A stretch of 48,780 nucleotides of DNA from a virus (IMGVR_UViG_3300044468_000005:1-48780), one strand, 5' to 3'; shown: positions 1 through 9,423, counted from the stretch's first letter. Notes: generated by a model not told the origin, from the sequence alone. Made by a program: numbers and translations.

Positions 1-127
1 TTCATGCAGTTGCGAATCCACAGCGTCACGAAGCTTGAGCCCGACACCTTCGACGTCGCCCTCGTCGCGCCTGGCATCGCAGTGAGCGCGAGCCTCGAGG
101 TGCACTGGTCTGGGCGCCCTGGTGCTT
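1..127. repeat. Terminal direct repeat, identical to 48654-48780; circular assembly overlap indicating a complete genome
   Basis: The first 127 nt (ttcatgcagt...ggtgctt) equal the last 127 nt; 127 is a common assembler k-mer length. Confidence 0.95.
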
Positions 128-507
128 ACGACGCGAGCGTGCGCGTGCTGAGCGTCGACGCGCCGCGTGCGCTCGCCCAGGACGTGCGTGATTGGCTCGA
201 CGCCCACGAGGACGAGGTCGCCGACGCTGCCTATCATGGCCATGTCGAGCGCGCCTGCGAGTGCTGCCGCGTGCTGACGCGTTCCGATGTGCTGGTCGAT
301 GCCAGCGAGTTCGGCGCATTCGCCGGCGAATGGTGCCCCGATTGCGTCGCGCTCGCTGACTGCGCAGACCACGCCGAAGCGTGCCCCTGCACGAGCTGCG
401 CGCGCGTCAGGGAGCAGGCGCTGCGCCAGACGCAGGCGCGCGAAGCTGCAGTGCGCGGTGGGCTGAGCAAGTCAGGGCTCCACGCCCTGGCCTGGGTGGA
501 GGAGTGA
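4..507 (+). CDS. Hypothetical early protein with Cys-rich (Zn-binding) C-terminal half
   Basis: 167-aa ORF with CECC, CPDC and CPCTSC motifs; preceded across the junction by the promoter at 48622-48650. Confidence 0.7.
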   Translation: MQLRIHSVTKLEPDTFDVALVAPGIAVSASLEVHWSGRPGAYDASVRVLSVDAPRALAQDVRDWLDAHEDEVADAAYHGHVERACECCRVLTRSDVLVDASEFGAFAGEWCPDCVALADCADHAEACPCTSCARVREQALRQTQAREAAVRGGLSKSGLHALAWVEE

Positions 508-722
508 CCATGCTAGACACCAAGGACCTTGTCGATATGCGCGAGCAGTATCAGCTCGCAGATGGCCGCATCGCGCTCGTCGTGCGCTTCGCAGACGCGC
601 ACATGGTGCTCGTCGGGCGCAAGCTCGACAGCGTGCGTTACTGGGAGATGTACGGCCCCTATCGCACGCACACTGAGGCGTTTGTCGCTGCGCGCAGACT
701 GACTGAGAGCGTCGCATGCTAG
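504..722 (+). CDS. Hypothetical protein
   Basis: GTGA overlap with the upstream stop (alternative ATG at 510); overlaps the next gene. Confidence 0.6.
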   Translation: MTMLDTKDLVDMREQYQLADGRIALVVRFADAHMVLVGRKLDSVRYWEMYGPYRTHTEAFVAARRLTESVAC

Positions 723-1762
723 CCCTTGCCCCGCGAATCGCCCCCTTCACCGTCGTGTGCTGCTCGCAGGACCGAGAGCACTGGCTCACGCAGCGCGCCC
801 ACACCCTGGGCGCCAGCGAGTCGGCGAGCGTGCTGGGGCTCAACCCCTGGGGCTCCCAGCTGCAGGTGTGGGCAAGCAAGATGCGCATCGCTGTGCCGCA
901 GCAGGACAGCGAGCCTCTGTTCTGGGGTCTGCAGCTCGAGGACGCCATCATCAAGGGCTATGAGAAACGCACCGGGCGCGCCAGCATCCCATTCGGGCTG
1001 ATGCTGCAGTCAGTGCGCTGGCCTTGGCTGTCGGCGACGCCAGACGCGCTGACGACCAGCGACGAGACGGCTGCGCGACGCGCACTGCCCATCTTGCATG
1101 CGATCAGCGCGATTCGCCGTGCCCTGCGCGACGGCAACCCGACAGCAGCCCTTGTCGCTGAACTCGTCGACCTGTGCGCCGGCTGGTGGCCCCTGCAGAC
1201 GAAAAATATCGGGTTTGGCAGCGCCGAGCACTGGGTCGAGGGCGTGCCGCTTTACTACCGCGTGCAGTGCGCGCAGGAGGCGCTCGTATTCGGCGCGCAG
1301 CGCTGCACAGGCGCGGCGCTCATCGCCGGCCAGCGCCTCGCCTGGGACGACGTCGACGTCGACCTTGACGGCGTGCTCGAGCGCCAGATCGTCAACCTCA
1401 CGCACACTTTCTGGCATGCTTACGTGCTGCCCAAGAAGGAGCCGCGCGCTGACGGCTCTGCGAGCGCGCGCGCTGCACTGGCAGCCATCTATCCGGTCGA
1501 GCAGCCAGAGACCGTCGCTGCGCTCGGGCACGATATGATGGAGTTGGCCTATGAGCGTCAGGCATTGAAGCGCGAGATGGCAACGCTCGCTGCCCGCGTG
1601 CTCGCAGTAGAGAACGAACTGAAGCAGGCCATTGGCGACCGAGCGAAGGTCGTTTTCCCCGACGGCTCAGCACTCACTCACAGGACGGTTTGCAAAAAAG
1701 AGTATGTGGTTCCTGCGCAGCAATATCGCGAGCTCAGGCACCAGAAGGCACGAAAGGACTGA
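716..1762 (+). CDS. YqaJ-like (lambda-exonuclease family) recombination nuclease
   Basis: Motifs WLxxRxxxLGASE, LGLNPW, WGxxLE, LSATPD and VPLYYxxQ; adjacent to RecT. Confidence 0.9.
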   Translation: MLALAPRIAPFTVVCCSQDREHWLTQRAHTLGASESASVLGLNPWGSQLQVWASKMRIAVPQQDSEPLFWGLQLEDAIIKGYEKRTGRASIPFGLMLQSVRWPWLSATPDALTTSDETAARRALPILHAISAIRRALRDGNPTAALVAELVDLCAGWWPLQTKNIGFGSAEHWVEGVPLYYRVQCAQEALVFGAQRCTGAALIAGQRLAWDDVDVDLDGVLERQIVNLTHTFWHAYVLPKKEPRADGSASARAALAAIYPVEQPETVAALGHDMMELAYERQALKREMATLAARVLAVENELKQAIGDRAKVVFPDGSALTHRTVCKKEYVVPAQQYRELRHQKARKD

Positions 1763-1768
1763 ACGATC

Positions 1769-2683
1769 ATGGCTGGACCGAAGACCGAGGCAGACGGGCG
1801 CATCGCAAAGGCAAGCAACGGCAACGCAGCGGGGCCTGCGTCGCTGAGAGCGTTTTTGACGCAGCCGGCGATGGTGCGCGAAGTGACCAACGCCATGCCC
1901 AAGCACCTGAACCCTGACCGCATGCTGCGCATCGTGCTGACGGCGCTGTCGACCACGCCCAATCTTGCGCGCTGCACGCAGCAGTCGTTCATGGGCTGCG
2001 TACTGCAGGCCTCGCAGTTGGGGCTCGAGGTCAACACCCCGCTCGGGCATGCGTACCTGATTCCTCGAGAAAACCGGAAGCGCGAGGTGATGGAATGCAC
2101 GCTGCTGATCGGCTACCAGGGGATGATCGAGCTCGCGCTACGCAGTGGCAAGGTGACGGGCATCAAGGCGAAATGCGTCAGGGCTGGCGATCATTTCGAC
2201 TATGAGGATGGCCTGCACCCCAGGCTATCCCATCGTGAGAGCTCGCTGCCTGACCGGGAGCTGCAGGCCATCACGCACGCTTGGGCTGTGGCGCACATCC
2301 GTGATGGCGAGCCTATCTTCGTGGTGCTGTCGCGCGCGCAGATCGATGCGCGCATGCAGCGCTCGAGCAGCGGCAAGTCAGGCCCCTGGGTCAGCGACTT
2401 CGAAGCCATGGCGGCGAAGAGCGCTGTGCGCGCCCTGTTCCGGTGGATTCCGAAGAGCCCCGATATGGCGCTGGTCGAGCACATGGAGGAGACGGCCGAC
2501 CGCGGTAGCCTGCAGGCCGTTGCGTTCGACGCTGACGTCAAGAATGCAGTAGCGCGCACCGGCATCGCCCCGATCGCTGACGAGGACGACCTGCCCGTGC
2601 CCACGAACGACTTCGACCAGGAAACGGGCGAGGTCATCAATACGACAGGCGAGCCCATGCCGGCTCAGGCTGCGAAAGCGTAG
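1769..2683 (+). CDS. recT: RecT-family single-strand annealing protein
   Basis: Motifs LGLEVNTPLGHAYLIP, LLIGYQGMIELALRSG and PWVSDFEAMAAKSAVR; acidic tail. Confidence 0.95.
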   Translation: MAGPKTEADGRIAKASNGNAAGPASLRAFLTQPAMVREVTNAMPKHLNPDRMLRIVLTALSTTPNLARCTQQSFMGCVLQASQLGLEVNTPLGHAYLIPRENRKREVMECTLLIGYQGMIELALRSGKVTGIKAKCVRAGDHFDYEDGLHPRLSHRESSLPDRELQAITHAWAVAHIRDGEPIFVVLSRAQIDARMQRSSSGKSGPWVSDFEAMAAKSAVRALFRWIPKSPDMALVEHMEETADRGSLQAVAFDADVKNAVARTGIAPIADEDDLPVPTNDFDQETGEVINTTGEPMPAQAAKA

Positions 2684-2687
2684 CGCG

Positions 2688-3341
2688 ATGGACTGGGATA
2701 GGTCCTGGCTCGAGCAGCCCATCGTCATCATTGACTTCGAGACGACCGGCCTGTCGGCAGCGACTGATAAGCCAGTCGAAATCGCAGCAGTGCGCTATCA
2801 GCATGGCCGCTTTGTGCGCGCCTACCAGACGCTGCTCGACCCGGGCGGGCCCATCCCAGCCGAAGCCACAGCCGTGCACAGCATCACCGATGAAATGGTG
2901 CTGGGCAAGCCCACACTGATGGACGTCGCCCACGAGCTCTACGACGTCGCAGCTGCAGCCATCCCATGCGCGTACAATGCGCCCTTCGATCGCAGCTTCC
3001 TGCATGCAGCCATCACCGGGAACGACTGCGCCGCGTTTGACCCGTCGATTTCGTGGATCGACGTCTATGTGATGGTCGCAAAGATAGACCGGTTCGTGCG
3101 CGGCAAGGGCGGCAAGAAGCTCGGTGCTGCGTGCGCACGCTGGGGCGTTGAGCATACGGGAGCACATCGCGCATGGGGCGACGCACAGGCAACGGCGCAG
3201 CTGCTGTATCGGCTGCACGAGGTCGGCAAGGTGCGTGACTGCCCGCTGCGCCGGCTGCTCGAGCACACAGACGCCATGCGGGCTGAGCATGAGCACAACC
3301 TGCAAGAGTACCTGGCACGGAAAATGGGTCATGCCGGCTAG
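2688..3341 (+). CDS. DnaQ-like DEDDh 3'-5' exonuclease
   Basis: ExoI IIDFETTG, ExoII AYNAPFDRSFL, ExoIII HRAWGDA. Confidence 0.93.
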   Translation: MDWDRSWLEQPIVIIDFETTGLSAATDKPVEIAAVRYQHGRFVRAYQTLLDPGGPIPAEATAVHSITDEMVLGKPTLMDVAHELYDVAAAAIPCAYNAPFDRSFLHAAITGNDCAAFDPSISWIDVYVMVAKIDRFVRGKGGKKLGAACARWGVEHTGAHRAWGDAQATAQLLYRLHEVGKVRDCPLRRLLEHTDAMRAEHEHNLQEYLARKMGHAG

Positions 3342-3597
3342 TCAACGCCTTCGGCTGTATCGGGGCAAGCGGATGCGCATCTGCGAGGTTGCCAAAGCTG
3401 CTGGGGTGCCATGGAGCACGGTGCGCAACGCTTTCAACGCAGAGCCTGAAGATGTGACAGCGCGCATCGACGCGCTCGTCAGCCGGCGCATGGGGCGCGC
3501 GCTGGCGATCGCGAACGGGGTGAAGGTGGGGACCTATTACAAGCGGCGCGCCCGGGGCATGGGTGACTTGCGGGCAGCTAGAAAGTGGGCGTCATGA
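3331..3597 (+). CDS. Small basic HTH-like DNA-binding protein
   Basis: ICEVAKAAGVPWSTVRN helix-turn-helix pattern; overlaps both neighbours. Confidence 0.6.
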   Translation: MPASQRLRLYRGKRMRICEVAKAAGVPWSTVRNAFNAEPEDVTARIDALVSRRMGRALAIANGVKVGTYYKRRARGMGDLRAARKWAS

Positions 3598-3794
3598 GAG
3601 CGGATCCGAAGACGAAGCCTGAGCATCGGTGCTGCCCGAGTGCTGCGACGCACCTGCGCACCATCTCGAACGTCGGCGAGTGGTGCTGGACCGTGTTTGA
3701 CTGCCGTACTCGGTTCATCTCGCATTGCCCCTGGTGCGGCATGCTCTTGCCGCATAGGCGGGGAGAGAACCCAACCCTGCATGTGGTGAGGTGA
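3594..3794 (+). CDS. Small Cys-rich (Zn ribbon-like) protein
   Basis: CC...ISHCPWCG motif; ATGA overlap with the upstream gene. Confidence 0.6.
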   Translation: MRADPKTKPEHRCCPSAATHLRTISNVGEWCWTVFDCRTRFISHCPWCGMLLPHRRGENPTLHVVR

Positions 3795-3797
3795 GCC

Positions 3798-3983
3798 GTG
3801 GACGACAAAACTGTCGAGCTACCTGCCGAAACCTTCGAGCGCCTTGTCGCTGAGCTGGCCAGACACAATGACCTGTTAGAGCGGCAAGTGCGACTACTCG
3901 CACAGATCGCCCAGATCACGCAACGCGAGCTGGCGCAGGCCGAGGGTGCTGCGAAGCGAGTCGCGCGCCGCAAAGAGAAGTGA
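3798..3983 (+). CDS. Small coiled-coil hypothetical protein
   Basis: 61-aa ORF within the operon, heptad pattern. Confidence 0.55.
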   Translation: MDDKTVELPAETFERLVAELARHNDLLERQVRLLAQIAQITQRELAQAEGAAKRVARRKEK

Positions 3984-3993
3984 GGGGGGCGAC

Positions 3994-4311
3994 ATGCGCA
4001 CCGCAGAGGCAGTCAAGGTTATTACGTGCACGGCCGAAGAACTGAGCATGCTGATTCGTGAAGCCGTCAAGGCTGAGCTCGCAGCGACTGCGCGCCCGAA
4101 GCCTGATCATGCCTACGACACAGCCGAAGCAGCTGAATACCTGCGCATGAGCCCGAATGCGCTTCGACACCATATACGGGCAGGCAACATCAAGCCGGAT
4201 GTCTTCGGCAAGCGCGGTCGAACTGCTAGCCACCGCTTCACGCGCGCTACACTCGATGCGTTCATCGATGAAGGAGCAATGACCAATGGCAGGCAAGGGA
4301 AGGGGCGGTGA
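3994..4311 (+). CDS. xis: Excisionase-like HTH (HTH_17/MerR-like) protein
   Basis: YDTAEAAEYLRMSPNALRHHIRAGNI motif; directly upstream of the integrase; GAGGGGGG RBS. Confidence 0.8.
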   Translation: MRTAEAVKVITCTAEELSMLIREAVKAELAATARPKPDHAYDTAEAAEYLRMSPNALRHHIRAGNIKPDVFGKRGRTASHRFTRATLDAFIDEGAMTNGRQGKGR

Positions 4312-5584
4312 TGGCCTCACGTATCTGGGCGTCCGCGATGGCAAGAAGTGGTGGCGGGCGCGCATGGTCTGGATGGATGCAGACGGCGAGCGGCGCGATG
4401 AGCGCGAAACATTCGCCGCGGACTCCAGGCCGCTAGCAGTGCAAGAGCGCGCCCGGCTGTTGGCCGAGCGCATGGCGCGCGCGCGCGCAGGCATCGAGCG
4501 CTGCAGGGTTGAGAAGGCGTGCGATGAATACCTCGACAGCATCGAGGCGCACGGCACGCGCCTATCGCGTGAACCGACAGTGAAGCGTTTCAAGGCCGCA
4601 TTCCAGGGGCGATGGATCGACACCGTCGCTACGCGTGAGTTGCAGGCCTGGCTAACGCGGCAGGTGCGCCTCGACGGCGACAAGTTGTCGCGCGGCAGCC
4701 TGCGCAACTTCCGCGCCACGATCGTCAGCATCTGGGAGCATGCGCAGTTCAAGGGGTACATCGAGACCGCTGACGTAGCGCGCGCGGTGATCTGGCGGAA
4801 GGGTGGCAGCGGTCGCACGCGTGAGGAGGCCCTCGCTGAGAATGCTGCAGCGCAGGGCGAGGAGAAGCGCAGCTTCACCAGCGATGAGGCCGTCGACTTC
4901 TTGGCTGACCTGCGCGAGCACGAGGCCGACATCTTCCCGCTGATGGTCGCCCAGTTTATCCTGGGCGCCCGCTTCGCCGAGTCGTCTGCCATCCCGCGCG
5001 ATTGCCTCGACCCGGAGACGGGAATCGTGTTCGTCGCCTGGAGCCAGGTGCGCGGTGTCGTAGGACCGACAAAAGGCAAGCGCCGCCGCAAGGCCGGCCT
5101 GGGGCGCATCGGCCTCGAGATCGTGCGCGAGCACCTACGGCGCATGGATGAGCTCAAGTGGCCAGGCTACCAGGACCTGGTGTTTCCGCGCCGCCCCGAG
5201 CCGCAGGCGAGTGCCAGGTCGCGGCGCACCGGCGAGGCGCGCAGCATCAGCCCACATTGGGCCTACACGACCGTGTACGGCCGGCTGATCAAGGCATTTG
5301 AGCGGCTGGGCTTCGACATGGCCAACGCCACGCACGCCGCCCGGCACACGATGAACAGCCTAGCCTCCGAGGACATGGCGCGCGCCAATCTCTCAGAGAG
5401 CCTGCTGTTCAAGGTGGGCGGCTGGTCGTCCCAGCAGATTGCCGCCACCTACCGGCACCCTGCGGACGCCGAGGTCATCAGCCTGGCCGACGTGGTCGAA
5501 CGGCGTCTGTTCAAGCGCAGCGAAAGTGTGACGACAAGTGGAATCCAGGGGGGTGATGAGGCAAAAGAGGCGCGAAATGATTAG
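4286..5584 (+). CDS. int: Tyrosine recombinase / phage integrase
   Basis: Catalytic residues GARFAE (R), PTKG (K), HAARHT (HxxR), GGWSS (W) and ATYRH (Y); N-terminal arm-binding-like region. Confidence 0.9.
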   Translation: MAGKGRGGDGLTYLGVRDGKKWWRARMVWMDADGERRDERETFAADSRPLAVQERARLLAERMARARAGIERCRVEKACDEYLDSIEAHGTRLSREPTVKRFKAAFQGRWIDTVATRELQAWLTRQVRLDGDKLSRGSLRNFRATIVSIWEHAQFKGYIETADVARAVIWRKGGSGRTREEALAENAAAQGEEKRSFTSDEAVDFLADLREHEADIFPLMVAQFILGARFAESSAIPRDCLDPETGIVFVAWSQVRGVVGPTKGKRRRKAGLGRIGLEIVREHLRRMDELKWPGYQDLVFPRRPEPQASARSRRTGEARSISPHWAYTTVYGRLIKAFERLGFDMANATHAARHTMNSLASEDMARANLSESLLFKVGGWSSQQIAATYRHPADAEVISLADVVERRLFKRSESVTTSGIQGGDEAKEARND

Positions 5585-5779
5585 AGAAATGTAGCCATTC
5601 GCAATGTTCTACTTAGTCTAGCCGAACGCCGCTTTGCGCGACCTGTCGCACATTTTCCTGCGCAAACGTGCGAAACGACAACCGCCATGGAGCGCCCATG
5701 GTTCTAGCTGAGCGAGTCGAAGTGTGACTCGAAAGTGGAACCGGCGGTTTTCGCTGGGTCGCGCCAGAGGGTCACACTT
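5524..5779. other. Probable attP region with arm-type integrase sites
   Basis: AAGTGTGAC-n3/4-AAGTGGAA at 5524-5543 and 5720-5740, inverted GTCACACTT at 5771-5779; these flank an AT-richer non-coding segment after int. Confidence 0.65.
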
Positions 5780-5834
5780 CAGCCAGCGTTGACCCCTATT
5801 TGGTAGCGATAACTCGCACGGCGCGCTTCTTTAC

Positions 5835-5889
5835 GGTACAACCGAAACTGCTTGCTCAGCGCTCGCGCGTCAGCGTATATTGGTACAAC
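5835..5889 (+). promoter_or_regulatory. Sigma70-like promoter flanked by GGTACAAC direct repeats
   Basis: TTGCTC(5852)-18-TATATT(5876); GGTACAAC at 5835-5842 and 5882-5889. Confidence 0.5.
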
Positions 5890-5942
5890 TAGAAAGGCGC
5901 CAGCCTGCTGGGGCAACAATAGTGAGAAGGCGGAGGGCAGAG

Positions 5943-6695
5943 ATGGGCTGCGACATCCACATGTGGGTCGAGCGTCGTGAGAGCGAAGGCGCGCCCTGGG
6001 TGCTGGCTGCGCCCGAATGGCAATGCAGTTGGTGCAGCGGCTCGGGGCTTGAACTGCAGGGGCTGCAGGCGTGCTTCTGGTGCGAGGGCGCGAAGACCGA
6101 GCGTCAGTTCGCGGTGCGCAACTACAACCTGTTCGCGATGCTGGCTGGCATGCGCAACGGCATAGATAAGACGGGCGACGGCTACGAACCCATCGCTGAG
6201 CCGCGCGGCATGCCCGACGACCTTAGCGTCGAGCTGCTCGAGCACATGCAGCGCTGCCTGCATCAGGACTATTGCGCGCGCCGGGGCGAGCCGCGTAGCC
6301 ACGCCATCGCCTGGCCTGGCGAGCACTCTGGGTCCTGGCTGCGTCTCGACGAAGTGCTCGACTACTTCGAGCGCCCGCATCCTGCAGCACAGCACCAGGG
6401 CTGGATTGCACTCGAGCAACTGCAAGCATATCTCGATGCTGGACGCGGGCGCCCCATGAACTGGTGCAGCGGGGTTGATGGCTATGCCGTGCGCAAGGTG
6501 CCGCTGTCGCAGGCGCGCCAACTGCTCGCATGCAAGTCAGTCGATGACCGCTCCTCCTATTACACGCTGGTCACATGGACGTGCACGTATCGCGACGATG
6601 CTGGCTCGACGTTCATCGAGCACTTCCTGCCGGCGTGCAGGGGGCTCGCTGCCCGTCCTAGTGACGTGCGGCTCGTGTTCAACTTCGACTCGTGA
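5943..6695 (+). CDS. Conserved phage hypothetical protein (MGCDIH...RNYxLFAxLAGxRN...EPRGxPDD...RLVFxFD type) with CxxC insert
   Basis: Recognisable motif series; GGAGG RBS before ATG 5943. Confidence 0.75.
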   Translation: MGCDIHMWVERRESEGAPWVLAAPEWQCSWCSGSGLELQGLQACFWCEGAKTERQFAVRNYNLFAMLAGMRNGIDKTGDGYEPIAEPRGMPDDLSVELLEHMQRCLHQDYCARRGEPRSHAIAWPGEHSGSWLRLDEVLDYFERPHPAAQHQGWIALEQLQAYLDAGRGRPMNWCSGVDGYAVRKVPLSQARQLLACKSVDDRSSYYTLVTWTCTYRDDAGSTFIEHFLPACRGLAARPSDVRLVFNFDS

Positions 6696-6707
6696 GTGGG
6701 GGCTGAG

Positions 6708-7268
6708 ATGGGAACCAGGCATCTGATCGCTGTGATGGTCGATGGGCAGTACAAGGTAGCGCAATACGGCCAATGGGACGGCTACCCGAGTGGGCAGGGG
6801 GTCGATGTGCTCGCGTTTCTGCGCAGCGCAGACCTGGCGAAGTTCGCCGACAAGTGCCGGGCTACGCGATGGATCACGGCTGAACGCTGCAAAGTGCTCG
6901 ATGCTGAGCTGCGCGAGAGCGGCAAGGAGCTTGTTGACGTCTACCCGCACCTGAGCCGCGACACGAGCGCAAAAGTGCTGGGGCTCATCGCCAAGGCACC
7001 TGATGGCATCGAGCTGCGCAATCACATCGATTTCGCGGGCGACTCGCTGATGTGTGAGTGGGCATATGTCATCGACCTGGATGCGCGCACGTTCGAGGTA
7101 TTCGAGGGCTTCAACAAACGGCCACTGGCCAAGGGTGAGCGATTTCGCGATGCACCTGTCGATGGCAATGAGTATCAGCCCGTGCGTCGCGTCGCAGTGT
7201 GGCCCCTCGATGCGCTTCCCGATGATGCTGCTTTCGTGAAGGCGACTGAGCCAACCGGGGCGCCATGA
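6708..7268 (+). CDS. Conserved phage hypothetical protein (MGTRHL...QWDGYP...EWAYVIDLD type)
   Basis: Motif recognition and operon position. Confidence 0.75.
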   Translation: MGTRHLIAVMVDGQYKVAQYGQWDGYPSGQGVDVLAFLRSADLAKFADKCRATRWITAERCKVLDAELRESGKELVDVYPHLSRDTSAKVLGLIAKAPDGIELRNHIDFAGDSLMCEWAYVIDLDARTFEVFEGFNKRPLAKGERFRDAPVDGNEYQPVRRVAVWPLDALPDDAAFVKATEPTGAP

Positions 7269-7744
7269 ACTGCCCCCATTGCAGCGCCGAGATGCACACT
7301 GACCGCGACTATGCTGATTTCGCCTGCGCGCAGTGCGGGCTGGCAGGACCACGCGAGGTGCTCGAGGCCATAGCGCATAATCTCCGTGAACTCATGCAGC
7401 TACTCGCCCGCGAACAATTGCAGGTGGCAAGCGCGTCGATTGCCAATCGAGATGCTGCGAGCACTACTTCATGGCTCGAGGACCGCATCGTCGACCTCGA
7501 GCAGCAGCTGGAGCAGGAGCGCGACCGGCGCATCGAAGCTGAGCAGCGCAGCAGGGCGCTAGAATACGTCTCTGGATATGAAGTCGACCTGTTGACGATT
7601 AGGCACGTCCTCAACGAGGTTGACGCGCCCCACGACCCAGAAGACGGCGTATCACTTGAGCCCAAGCGCATACGCCTACTCGCGATCGAGCGAGATGAGG
7701 CACTCGAGAAGCTCGCGCAGATGCAGGAGCAGGGCGATGACTGA
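7265..7744 (+). CDS. Zn-ribbon plus coiled-coil protein
   Basis: CPHC...CAQC followed by a long heptad region; ATGA overlap. Confidence 0.65.
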   Translation: MNCPHCSAEMHTDRDYADFACAQCGLAGPREVLEAIAHNLRELMQLLAREQLQVASASIANRDAASTTSWLEDRIVDLEQQLEQERDRRIEAEQRSRALEYVSGYEVDLLTIRHVLNEVDAPHDPEDGVSLEPKRIRLLAIERDEALEKLAQMQEQGDD

Positions 7745-7777
7745 CGCAGTTGTGAGTTGCGTACTCATGAAGGCGTC

Positions 7778-8083
7778 ATGACAGCGCAGCGCAAAAAGAG
7801 CGCGAGCGCCTCGCCGACAATCGAAGCGCCCGCTGCGCCGCAGGCTGAAGCGACACCTAGCGGCGACGCTGACGCTAGCGCGCGCCGAGGCCCTGGTCGA
7901 CCCCCGAAGCCTGCAGATGAGCGCACGCAGGCCTGGGCTGGCATCAAGCTCTTCGTCGCTGACCTCGAGGCGCTGCTAATCATCAGCCGTGCGCACGGCG
8001 GCATCGGGCGCAGCGACTCGATCCGTCGCGCCATTCATCACTATGCACGCACGCTGCTGCGTCGCGCGAAGCGCGCCGAGTAG
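7778..8083 (+). CDS. AT-hook plus ribbon-helix-helix regulator
   Basis: RRGPGRPPK followed by a strand-helix-GIGRSDSIRRAI helix pattern. Confidence 0.65.
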   Translation: MTAQRKKSASASPTIEAPAAPQAEATPSGDADASARRGPGRPPKPADERTQAWAGIKLFVADLEALLIISRAHGGIGRSDSIRRAIHHYARTLLRRAKRAE

Positions 8084-8130
8084 CTGAGCCGGGCCCGACA
8101 ACCCGCAAACAACCCAAGGAGCAGAGACAC

Positions 8131-8919
8131 GTGACAGAATCCCCGAAGCCCAAACGCCCCCGCAAGAAGCCGCCCGCCGTCGACCCTGGAAATGATTCCA
8201 CGCCCCATGTGGAAATCGTTCCACATGCTGCCCCGCCTAACTCACCACGCGGTGAGTTGGCCAGGCACACTCCTGTTCCCATTGCCCCCGCCCGGCCCAT
8301 GCTGGGCGACCTGGGCGCCTACCTGCCCCCGAAGCGCCTGGCGTTCCTATGCGCCGGCTCGGACCTGCGCAAGGTGCTGCGCTCAGCCCTGGCGTTCACA
8401 GGCACGGACCAAAGCCAGCCACACCTGTGCCAAGTCCTATTCGACTCGGATGGCCAAGAACTGCGCATCGTCGCCACGGACGGCGCCAGCCTGTATGTCG
8501 GCACGTTGCCCACCCTCGATGATGAGCTCGCAGCTGGCCAGCACCGCATCAGCGCGGCGTGCGCTAGCAGGGTGGTGGACGCCATCAAGCCGAAGGACAC
8601 GACCCGGCTGTGGTTCGACGCAGGCAGCAACTCGCTGTCACGCGCAGGTGGGCTGGCCTGGTCTGTGGAGCTCTTCCAGGGCTCGGCAGAATTCCCGCCC
8701 TATCGGCACCTGGTGCCTGCTAGGCCGGGGCTCGAGCCGGGGCAGAGTGAATACCAAGGCACCCGCCTCGATGCCGCCATGCGCGCCCTATGCGCCGGGC
8801 CGGCCCACATGATCGGGTACGGGGTCGACACACCGGTCAAATTGATCGGCGAGACGGTCGAGGGTGCCTGGGCAGCTGTGCTGCTGGCGCCGCAGCGGGT
8901 CGCTACGAGGCGCTCGTAA
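8131..8919 (+). CDS. Truncated DNA polymerase III beta-clamp-like protein
   Basis: PHLCQVLF...LRIVATDG and EFPPYRHLVP resemble DnaN central-domain motifs (RPxLNGV, VATDGHRL, FPDYxxVIP). Confidence 0.7.
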   Translation: MTESPKPKRPRKKPPAVDPGNDSTPHVEIVPHAAPPNSPRGELARHTPVPIAPARPMLGDLGAYLPPKRLAFLCAGSDLRKVLRSALAFTGTDQSQPHLCQVLFDSDGQELRIVATDGASLYVGTLPTLDDELAAGQHRISAACASRVVDAIKPKDTTRLWFDAGSNSLSRAGGLAWSVELFQGSAEFPPYRHLVPARPGLEPGQSEYQGTRLDAAMRALCAGPAHMIGYGVDTPVKLIGETVEGAWAAVLLAPQRVATRRS

Positions 8920-8950
8920 TTGCCAGCGAAGGCCCTCAGGCCACCTAAAT

Positions 8951-9136
8951 TCAGATTCCGAGCTGTTCCATCGCGACGAGGCAGTGCGCCAGGGCGTCGA
9001 CGTTGCCCTCGAGGGCCATCTCGCAGAGCACAACTTCGGACCACATTTCAACCTCGCTGGCCTTTGCGCCGAGCAGGGCGATACGGGCGGCAGTCTCAGA
9101 GTCAATCTTGATGGTGCTGGTGTTCGTATTCGTCAT
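8951..9136 (-). CDS. Small hypothetical protein, predicted leaderless
   Basis: ATG lies 6 nt after a -10 box. Confidence 0.6.
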   Translation of the reverse strand: MTNTNTSTIKIDSETAARIALLGAKASEVEMWSEVVLCEMALEGNVDALAHCLVAMEQLGI

Positions 9137-9142
9137 GAGATA

Positions 9143-9176
9143 AGCATGAGCCCAGCGCGTAGATTTTGCAATACGC
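9143..9176 (-). promoter_or_regulatory. Leaderless sigma70-like promoter (copy 1 of a 19-bp motif)
   Basis: TTGCAA-17-CATGCT-6-ATG; CGTAGATTTTGCAATACGC at 9158-9176 is repeated at 10261-10279. Confidence 0.75.
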
Positions 9177-9204
9177 AATCTGCTCAATCTGCACGCCCAG
9201 TGCG

Positions 9205-9423
9205 CTAGGCAACAACGCTGCGCTGCTTCGCGAGCTCAGCAAGCCCCAGGCGCAGCACGTCCGACTCGCTCTTGCCGAGCTGGGCTGCGAGCGCCTGCAG
9301 GCACGCCCTCTCGCCAGGGCTCAGCCGCAGTGATGTGGTGGTGCTAGGGCCGTCTGCAGCCCGCAGAGGAGCGCCTGCGCCGGGCATGGGAGGGCGCTTC
9401 AACTTCTTGCGCTTCGCCGTCAT
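9205..9423 (-). CDS. Ribbon-helix-helix (CopG-like) regulator
   Basis: TSLRLSPGERACLQALAAQLGKSESDVLRLGL. Confidence 0.75.
   Translation of the reverse strand: MTAKRKKLKRPPMPGAGAPLRAADGPSTTTSLRLSPGERACLQALAAQLGKSESDVLRLGLAELAKQRSVVA

Noticed and set aside
3916-5157. Long antisense ORFs (for example 413 aa opposite int and 311 aa opposite MuF)
   Set aside because: These are shadow ORFs expected at high GC; the opposite strand carries the recognisable genes.
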